Below are positions 57,809 to 64,000 of a stretch of DNA of 64,000 bases, one piece after another. A program made the position numbers and the translations under genes. Source of the stretch: Gammaproteobacteria bacterium (GTDB lineage Bacteria > Pseudomonadota > Gammaproteobacteria > Arenicellales > Poriferihabitantaceae); NCBI GenBank assembly GCA_009841725.1, contig VYGS01000094.1:3114-67113 (forward strand), given 5' to 3'. Each line of letters starts with the position of its first letter. Within the stretch, counting starts at the first letter, position 1. Under the pieces are notes generated by a model. The model saw only the letters and a program-made list of their open reading frames with translations, was not told the DNA's origin and made no database searches.

Positions 57809-59224
57809 TCAAGCACTGGCCTGCTCCGTCTTGCGGCATCCCGACGTCCCGGCAGCGGCCAGCTGCGCGGCAAACTGCCCGATGGTGCCGGCACCCATGG
57901 TGATCACAATGTCATCCTGTCGGGTCAGGTTCGGAAGAATGCCCTTGAGCTGTTCCAGGGTCTTGGCAAACTCCGGTGCCCCGCCCTGATTCCGGACGGC
58001 CCGGCACAGCGCGTCCCCGTCACTGCCTGGAATCCGGGCTTCGCCGGCCGGGTATACCTCGGTGATCACCAGCGCCGGAATCCGGGCAAGCAACTCGACA
58101 AAATCGTCGAACAAATCTCGGGTCCGCGTGTAGCGATGGGGCTGAAACACCACGACAATGCGACGGTCCGGCCAGCAGTCATGCGCTGCCTGCAAGGTGG
58201 CCTGAATCTCGCTCGGGTGGTGGGCATAGTCATCGACCAGGTTGACCGAATGCCCCGGAAAGTGAATCTCTCCGAACGCCTGAAACCGTCGGGCAATGCC
58301 TTCGAATCCCGACAGGGCAGTACGGATAAATCTCTCCGGAATTCCCAGCTTGATCCCGACCGCAATCACGGCCAGAGCATTCAGGACATTGTGCCGCCCG
58401 GGCAACGACAGCCTGAAGTCCCCCATTGACTCCCCGTCATGAAACACTTCAAAGGCGCTCTCGCGCCCCGACTGGGAGAAGTGACCGGCGCGGAAGTCGA
58501 CACCGTCGGAAAAGCCGTACGAGACGAAGGGCCGGTGCAGATGCTCGCAGATTTCCCGGACACCGGGATCGTCAAAGCACAGGATGGCCAACCCGTAGAA
58601 CGGCAGGTTATGCAGAAAATCGACGTAGGTCTGCTGCAGGCGATCGTATTCCCCGCCGTAAGTCTCCATGTGATCCCTGTCGATGTTGGTGACAACCGCG
58701 ATCTGCGGCTGCAGGCGCAGAAACGACGCGTCGCTTTCATCGGCTTCGGCTACCAGAAACTCCCCGGTGCCCAGCCGGCCGTTGGTGTTTGTGCTGTTGA
58801 TCACACCGCCGACGACGAAGGTCGGATCGGTTCCGGCATTGATAAGCAGCGTTGACACCAGGCTTGTGGTCGTGGTCTTTCCATGCGTGCCGGTGATTGC
58901 GATCCCTTTTCTGAACCGCATGATCTCGGCCAGCATTTCCGCCCTGGGCACGACCGGGACCTTTCGTGATCGGGCCGCTTCCAGTTCCGGATTGTCAGGC
59001 AGGATCGCACTCGAGTACACCACGACATCCGCGTTGCCAAGGTGTCCGGGGTCGTGCCGGTAGTACAATTCCGCCCCCGCCTGCTCCAGTCGCCGGGTGA
59101 TTTCCGACCGGGAGACATCGGAACCGGAAACGCGGTAGCCGAGATCCAGAAGCACTTCGGCGATGCCGCTCATGCCGATGCCACCAATGCCGACAAAATG
59201 AATGTGCTCTACGAATTCGCGCAT
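57809..59224 (-). CDS. murC: UDP-N-acetylmuramate--L-alanine ligase
   Basis: Trimmed to the ATG at 59224 (MREFVEHIHFVGIGGIGMSGIAEVLL). It has GTHGKTTTTS. The track extension to 59536 overlaps murG. Confidence 0.95.
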   Translation of the reverse strand: MREFVEHIHFVGIGGIGMSGIAEVLLDLGYRVSGSDVSRSEITRRLEQAGAELYYRHDPGHLGNADVVVYSSAILPDNPELEAARSRKVPVVPRAEMLAEIMRFRKGIAITGTHGKTTTTSLVSTLLINAGTDPTFVVGGVINSTNTNGRLGTGEFLVAEADESDASFLRLQPQIAVVTNIDRDHMETYGGEYDRLQQTYVDFLHNLPFYGLAILCFDDPGVREICEHLHRPFVSYGFSDGVDFRAGHFSQSGRESAFEVFHDGESMGDFRLSLPGRHNVLNALAVIAVGIKLGIPERFIRTALSGFEGIARRFQAFGEIHFPGHSVNLVDDYAHHPSEIQATLQAAHDCWPDRRIVVVFQPHRYTRTRDLFDDFVELLARIPALVITEVYPAGEARIPGSDGDALCRAVRNQGGAPEFAKTLEQLKGILPNLTRQDDIVITMGAGTIGQFAAQLAAAGTSGCRKTEQASA

Positions 59225-60285
59225 GCGACCTCCATGCAGGCATTCGCCACGAACCGGGATGCCCCGGGCTTGGCCAAGCGGCGGGCGGCGCCCGCCATCG
59301 CGATCAGCGCATCCCGATTGTCCAGCAGGCGTTTGAGCTCCCGCAACCAATGACCTTTTCGCCACTCTTCTTCCCGAACCATGAGCGCCGCATGGTTGCG
59401 GACCAGGAATTCGGCATTGATCGCCTGGTGATCGTCCACGGCATGCGGATAGGGCACAAATATTGCGGCAACACCGGCGCAACAGATTTCCGCGATGGTC
59501 ATGGCTCCGGCCCGGCAAATCACGACATCGCTCCACGCATAGGCGCCCGCCATGTCGTCAATGAACCTCTCAACCCGGCATGAAATGTCCAGGCGGGCGT
59601 ATCCGGCCCTGATCCCGGAGGCATCCCGCGCACCGCATTGATGCCAGACCTCGAGCGCCCCGATTCCGGCGCGCCCCAACAACTCGGGAAGATCGCTGTT
59701 GAAAACGGCTGCGCCCTGGCTTCCACCGAGCACCAGAATACGCGCTTCCGGACGGCCTGCGCAAAGGCGGACCGACGGCTCGGGAATCTCCGAAATACTG
59801 GCCCTGACCGGGTTGCCGGACCAGATCGAGTTGCGAATCCCCCTGGGGGAGGGAAATCCGGACATGACCACCCGGCTGATCCGCGCAAGGCACTTGTTTG
59901 TCAATCCTGCGACAGAATTCTGCTCATGCAGGACCAGAGGCAGACCCAATGCGGCGCCGACCAGTCCTCCGGGTCCCGCGACGAATCCGCCCATCCCGAG
60001 GATCGCATCGGGCTTTCTCTTTCGGATAATCCTGAACACTTGCGCCATCGCCCTCAGCAGCATGAACGGCAATGCCAAAAGCCGCGCCGGACCGCTTCCT
60101 CTCAATCCCCGGATGGCGATGGTGTCGAACGGAATTCCCGACTCGGGAACCAGTCGGGACTCAAGCCCCCTGCCGGTTCCAACCCAGCTCAGCTCGACCT
60201 GTTGCCGGGCAAGTTCCTCTGCCACCGCCAGAGCCGGCATGACATGCCCGCCCGTACCGCCCGCCAGAATCATGATGCGAGTCAT
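59209..60285 (-). CDS. murG: UDP-GlcNAc:lipid I N-acetylglucosaminyltransferase
   Basis: Has MILAGGTGGHVMPALAVA and the C-terminal GT-B domain with RAGAMTIAE. Confidence 0.95.
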   Translation of the reverse strand: MTRIMILAGGTGGHVMPALAVAEELARQQVELSWVGTGRGLESRLVPESGIPFDTIAIRGLRGSGPARLLALPFMLLRAMAQVFRIIRKRKPDAILGMGGFVAGPGGLVGAALGLPLVLHEQNSVAGLTNKCLARISRVVMSGFPSPRGIRNSIWSGNPVRASISEIPEPSVRLCAGRPEARILVLGGSQGAAVFNSDLPELLGRAGIGALEVWHQCGARDASGIRAGYARLDISCRVERFIDDMAGAYAWSDVVICRAGAMTIAEICCAGVAAIFVPYPHAVDDHQAINAEFLVRNHAALMVREEEWRKGHWLRELKRLLDNRDALIAMAGAARRLAKPGASRFVANACMEVACANS

Positions 60286-61469
60286 TCGGGTTTCTCCTCG
60301 ATGTTCCTGAAGCGATGTCTCAAGTCACGCTCTATTGCAAGAAGCAGCCCGACACCGATCATCGAACTCAGCATGCTGCTACCCCCGTAGCTCATGAAGG
60401 GCAGTGTCAGGCCCTTGGTTGGAAAAAGCCCGACGTTGACCCCGACATGAACGATCGCCTGGAACGAAATCTGGATGCCGATGCCCAGCGCCAGCAGGGA
60501 GGAAAACATGTCTGCATGCGCCCAGCTTGACCGGGAGAGCCGGAAGATTCTCCACATGAGCACCGCATACAGCGCCAGCACCACAATGATTCCGACGGAA
60601 CCGAGCTCTTCGCCAACGATGGCGATCAGGAAATCGTTTTCACCGTGGGGAAGGTAGAACAATTTCTGGATGCTGTTGCCGAGTCCGACCCCGAGCCATT
60701 CTCCCCGCCCGATCGCAATCAGGGACTGGACCAGCTGAAAGCCGCTTCCGAGCGCATCATTGAACGGATCGATATAGCTGATCAGTCTTTCCCTGCGGTA
60801 GTCGACGCTCAGGACAAGAACGGCAAGGGCGGCAACCGACGCGGCCAGCAAAATGGCGAAGTCTTTCAGACGTGCTCCGGCCACGAAGATCATGACCATG
60901 ACCGTCACGGCAATGACCATGCTCATGCCAAGATCCGGCTCAAGCAACAGCAGCAGGCTGACCGGAGCCAGCACGACCGCGCAGGGCATCATCCAGACCT
61001 TCGGCTTGTGGACCCTTCCCTGATGCCTGGACAAATGGGCCGCAAAAAAGACGATGGTCAGGATTTTTGTCAGCTCCGAGGGCTGGAACGCGGCCACCCC
61101 AATGTCGATCCATCGTCGGCTGCCATTGATTTCGACCCCGATGCCCGGCACCAGCACGATTACCAGCAGCACGATCCCCAGCCCCATCAGATAATTGCTG
61201 CAACGCTCGATCCGATCGATGCTCACGCACGAGACCGCCCACATCACGAGAAGGCTGATCGCAATGTGGGCCAGATGGCGCAGGAACTTGCCGTAATTCG
61301 GGGTCAGGGACTGGTCCGAACTCATCACGGTCGCGGAAAAGATCATGACGAGGCCAAAGGACATCAACAGCGCAACGACGACGAGCAGTTGACTGAGTTC
61401 GACGCCGGACCGGGGAGAGAATCCGTTCGACCCGCCCGGGCGCAGCATGCTGGATATCTGCAGCTTCAT
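60282..61469 (-). CDS. ftsW: peptidoglycan glycosyltransferase / lipid II flippase-family protein FtsW (SEDS)
   Basis: It is a 10-TM SEDS-family protein with EFLIAIVGEELG and LPFMSYGGSSM. Confidence 0.95.
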   Translation of the reverse strand: MKLQISSMLRPGGSNGFSPRSGVELSQLLVVVALLMSFGLVMIFSATVMSSDQSLTPNYGKFLRHLAHIAISLLVMWAVSCVSIDRIERCSNYLMGLGIVLLVIVLVPGIGVEINGSRRWIDIGVAAFQPSELTKILTIVFFAAHLSRHQGRVHKPKVWMMPCAVVLAPVSLLLLLEPDLGMSMVIAVTVMVMIFVAGARLKDFAILLAASVAALAVLVLSVDYRRERLISYIDPFNDALGSGFQLVQSLIAIGRGEWLGVGLGNSIQKLFYLPHGENDFLIAIVGEELGSVGIIVVLALYAVLMWRIFRLSRSSWAHADMFSSLLALGIGIQISFQAIVHVGVNVGLFPTKGLTLPFMSYGGSSMLSSMIGVGLLLAIERDLRHRFRNIEEKPE

Positions 61470-62809
61470 CGATTCACCCGCTCGTTGACAAGTTTCCTGA
61501 ACACCTCGCCGCGATGTTCATAGTTGTCGAACATGTCATAGCTTGCACAGGCCGGTGAAAACAGCACGACGTCGCCTTGCGCTGCCTGCCTGTCGGCAAT
61601 GGCCACCGCTTCGTCCAGAGTGCCCGCAAACGTTCTGCCGGTTTTGTCGCAAAGAGCAGCGTCGATTCGTGCCGCATCCTCTCCGATAAGGATCGCATGC
61701 CGGATGTGCTGATCGATCAGGCCACCCAGTTCCCGAAAATCCGCCCCCTTGCCCTGACCGCCGGCAATCAGGATGGTGGGTCGGCGCATGCTCCGGATTG
61801 CGGCCATGGTGGCTCCGGTGTTGGTGGCCTTGGAATCGTTGATCCACTCCACTCCCCGGCTCTTGGCAATCCTCTCGCAGCGATGCGGCAGTCCCCTGAA
61901 ATCGGCGGCGGCCTGAACGACCCCGGAATCCAGCTCCACTCCGGCGGTATGGACCAGCGCCATGGCGGCCAGCACATTCGACAGATTCTGGTCTCCCCGG
62001 ATATTGAGCTTGTCTTCGCGAATCAGCTTTCTGCTTCCGTGCACCAGGGTCCGGACCGAACGTTCCTTGATCACGCCGAAATCCAGATCATTGCCGGGAC
62101 TCTGCAATCCGAAACTGACCGGATTGGCCGGAGACCTGAACGCGACACACAGGTTGGAGTCGTCGCGATTGATGACCGCCCTGTCCGCGTTCCTGAAGAT
62201 CCTGAGCTTGGCCCGTGTGTAGGCCCCGATGTTCTGGTGGCGGTCCATGTGATCTTCGCTGATGTTGAGAACCGCCGCGGAGACCAGATTCAGGGACTGC
62301 ACCGTCTCGAGCTGAAAGCTCGACAACTCGAGGACGTAGTAGTCTGGACGTTCTTCCTGCAGCAAATCCAGTGCGGGCGTGCCGATGTTCCCTCCGGCGA
62401 GCACCTTCCGGCCGGCTGCACGCAACATGTCCCTGACCAGCATGGTCACAGTCGATTTGCCGTTCGATCCGGTAATGCCGATCACCGGCGCAGCGGCTTC
62501 CCTTGCGAACAGCTCGATATCCCCCACCAGGATATCGGGATTGATGGGTTCCGGCAGATCAACGCCCGGACTCACCACGATTTCGTCGTATTTGCCGATT
62601 CTTTCCATCGGAATCCGTCCCGTTATCACCTCGACATCGGGATAGTTCTCTCGCAGTGAAGACAGGTACGGCGGTGTCTCGCGCGTGTCGGAGACGGTCA
62701 GTCTTGCCGCTCCTGGATTCAGGTGCCGAACCACCGAATATCCGCTTAGTCCCAACCCGATGACCAGTATCGATTTCATTGTCTCCCGGTATTGTGAAAT
62801 GGCCGCCAT
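61466..62809 (-). CDS. murD: UDP-N-acetylmuramoylalanine--D-glutamate ligase
   Basis: Has VIGLGLSGYS, GITGSNGKSTV and NDSKATN. Confidence 0.95.
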   Translation of the reverse strand: MAAISQYRETMKSILVIGLGLSGYSVVRHLNPGAARLTVSDTRETPPYLSSLRENYPDVEVITGRIPMERIGKYDEIVVSPGVDLPEPINPDILVGDIELFAREAAAPVIGITGSNGKSTVTMLVRDMLRAAGRKVLAGGNIGTPALDLLQEERPDYYVLELSSFQLETVQSLNLVSAAVLNISEDHMDRHQNIGAYTRAKLRIFRNADRAVINRDDSNLCVAFRSPANPVSFGLQSPGNDLDFGVIKERSVRTLVHGSRKLIREDKLNIRGDQNLSNVLAAMALVHTAGVELDSGVVQAAADFRGLPHRCERIAKSRGVEWINDSKATNTGATMAAIRSMRRPTILIAGGQGKGADFRELGGLIDQHIRHAILIGEDAARIDAALCDKTGRTFAGTLDEAVAIADRQAAQGDVVLFSPACASYDMFDNYEHRGEVFRKLVNERVNR

Positions 62810-62813
62810 GGTT

Positions 62814-63896
62814 TCATCGGATCTTCAGCGTGGCCAGTCCGATCAGCATCAGAATCAGGCTGATTATCCAGAATCGAACGATGACCCGGGGCTCCGGCCA
62901 GCCCATGAGTTCGAAATGGTGGTGCAAGGGGGCCATCTTGAATACCCTTTTGCCGGTCAGCTTGTAGGAGGCGACCTGGATCATGACCGAAACGGTCTCG
63001 ATGACGAAAACACCGCCCATGATGAGCAGCACGATTTCCTGACGCACGATGACCGCCACCAGACCGATCGCGGCGCCGACGCTCAATGCCCCGACATCGC
63101 CCAGAAACACCTGTGCCGGATATGCATTGAACCAGAGGAAGCCCAGTCCCGCCCCGACCAAAGCCGAACAGAAGATGGCGACTTCCCCCACTCCCGGAAT
63201 ATACGGAATGCCCAGATAGCCGGCAAAATTGAAATGCCCGGTGGCGTAGGCAAAAATGGCCAGCGCTCCCGAGACCATCACCACCGGCATAATGGCAAGG
63301 CCGTCCAGGCCGTCCGTCAGGTTCACCGCATTGCTGCTGCCCACGATGACGAGATACGTCAGAACAAGATATCCCCAGCCCAGCGGCACCGCGACATTCT
63401 TGAAAAACGGCAGCAGCAATTCCGTTTCCGCCGGCGTCGTCGCCGTCTGATACAGGAACACTGCGGCGGCCATGCCCGCCAGACTCTGAAACAGGAACTT
63501 GTTGCGGGCACTCAGGCCCCGGGCGTTGCCTCGGGTCAGCTTCGAGTAGTCGTCGATCCAGCCGATGACGCCGAACGACACAATCACAAAGATGAGAATC
63601 CAGATGTAGCGGTTGTCCAGGTTCGCCCAGAGCAATGTCGTAACCACCACGGCGCCGAGCACCAGTATCCCGCCCATGGTGGGGGTGCCCGCCTTGCTCA
63701 AATGGGTTTCGGGGCCATCGTCCCGGACGGTCTGGCCGATACCGAAATGACTGAGCTTTCGAATCATGGCCGGCGCAAAGACAAAAAACAGGACAATGCT
63801 GGTCAGTACCCCGCAAATGCTCCGGAATGTCAGGTACCGGAACACGTTCAGGAACGAGTATTCCCTGGACAGGTTCTCAAACAGCCAGGTCAGCAT
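62814..63896 (-). CDS. mraY: phospho-N-acetylmuramoyl-pentapeptide transferase
   Basis: Has [20 protein letters not shown] and PLHHHFEL. Confidence 0.97.
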   Translation of the reverse strand: MLTWLFENLSREYSFLNVFRYLTFRSICGVLTSIVLFFVFAPAMIRKLSHFGIGQTVRDDGPETHLSKAGTPTMGGILVLGAVVVTTLLWANLDNRYIWILIFVIVSFGVIGWIDDYSKLTRGNARGLSARNKFLFQSLAGMAAAVFLYQTATTPAETELLLPFFKNVAVPLGWGYLVLTYLVIVGSSNAVNLTDGLDGLAIMPVVMVSGALAIFAYATGHFNFAGYLGIPYIPGVGEVAIFCSALVGAGLGFLWFNAYPAQVFLGDVGALSVGAAIGLVAVIVRQEIVLLIMGGVFVIETVSVMIQVASYKLTGKRVFKMAPLHHHFELMGWPEPRVIVRFWIISLILMLIGLATLKIR

Positions 63897-64000
63897 GGCG
63901 AATCCACCCTGTTTCGGGCCTCATCGGCAATCCCGGCCACGATACGCTCCATTCGGGACGATCGCGATCCCTTGACAAGCACGGCCGTGTTCGCGTCCAT
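63890..64000 (-). CDS. murF: UDP-MurNAc-pentapeptide synthetase MurF, C-terminal 36 codons (5' part beyond window end)
   Basis: Hand translation of the minus strand gives ...[44 protein letters not shown] is the MurF C-terminal motif. The stop overlaps the mraY start (ATGCTGA). Confidence 0.7.
   Translation of the reverse strand: MDANTAVLVKGSRSSRMERIVAGIADEARNRVDSPC

Noticed and set aside
59225-59536. 104-codon N-terminal extension of murC in the ORF track
   Set aside because: The extension overlaps the 3' third of murG in another frame. MurC homologs begin at the MREFVEHIHFVGIGGIGMSG-type N-terminus, so the start was moved to 59224. Similar trimming was applied to aorB, aorA, apaG, coaD, argJ, argE, sufC, sufD, murB, frc, dciA, the sucC-like gene, the formyltransferase and the LolA-like ORF.

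Overview
The window is a visibly GC-rich bacterial chromosomal segment. Its gene content and local synteny look gammaproteobacterial: fabA-fabB, ftsY-ftsE-ftsX, rsmD-coaD-ferredoxin, murA-hisD, and secA/dciA/lpxC-ftsZ-ftsA-ftsQ-mur genes. I call about 62 protein-coding genes, mostly on the minus strand and tightly packed, with many 1-4 nt start/stop overlaps. I found no rRNA, tRNA, CRISPR array, transposase or integrase.

Housekeeping blocks:
- The distal dcw cell-wall/division cluster (murF' to ftsZ), followed by lpxC, dciA, secA and argJ.
- An iscR-sufBCD-sufT-Rieske Fe-S assembly operon.
- ftsYEX, infA and coaD/coaE.
- Gene fusions folK-folP and hisD-hisC.

Accessory-looking modules worth attention:
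1. A tungsten-type aldehyde:ferredoxin oxidoreductase operon of the three-subunit AorABC kind. It is followed by two paralogous MoaD-like Gly-Gly proteins that bracket an uncharacterised 100-aa ORF ending in Gly-Gly-Gly, and then by moaA.
2. A roughly 9-kb minus-strand locus: TctCBA tripartite tricarboxylate transporter, GntR regulator, an oxalyl-CoA decarboxylase-like TPP enzyme, formyl-CoA transferase, a stand-alone formyltransferase that resembles the N-terminal domain of 10-formyl-THF dehydrogenase, and a tandem USP. A divergent SucCD-like ADP-forming CoA ligase pair lies upstream of it.
3. An orphan hicB antitoxin cassette with a decayed hicA, bracketed by a 9-bp direct repeat exactly at the stop codon of the last suf-operon gene.
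4. A near-consensus promoter plus a perfect 12-3-12 palindrome upstream of iscR.

All functional calls rest on my recognition of motifs and families in the supplied translations and on hand inspection of the DNA. No database search was run.
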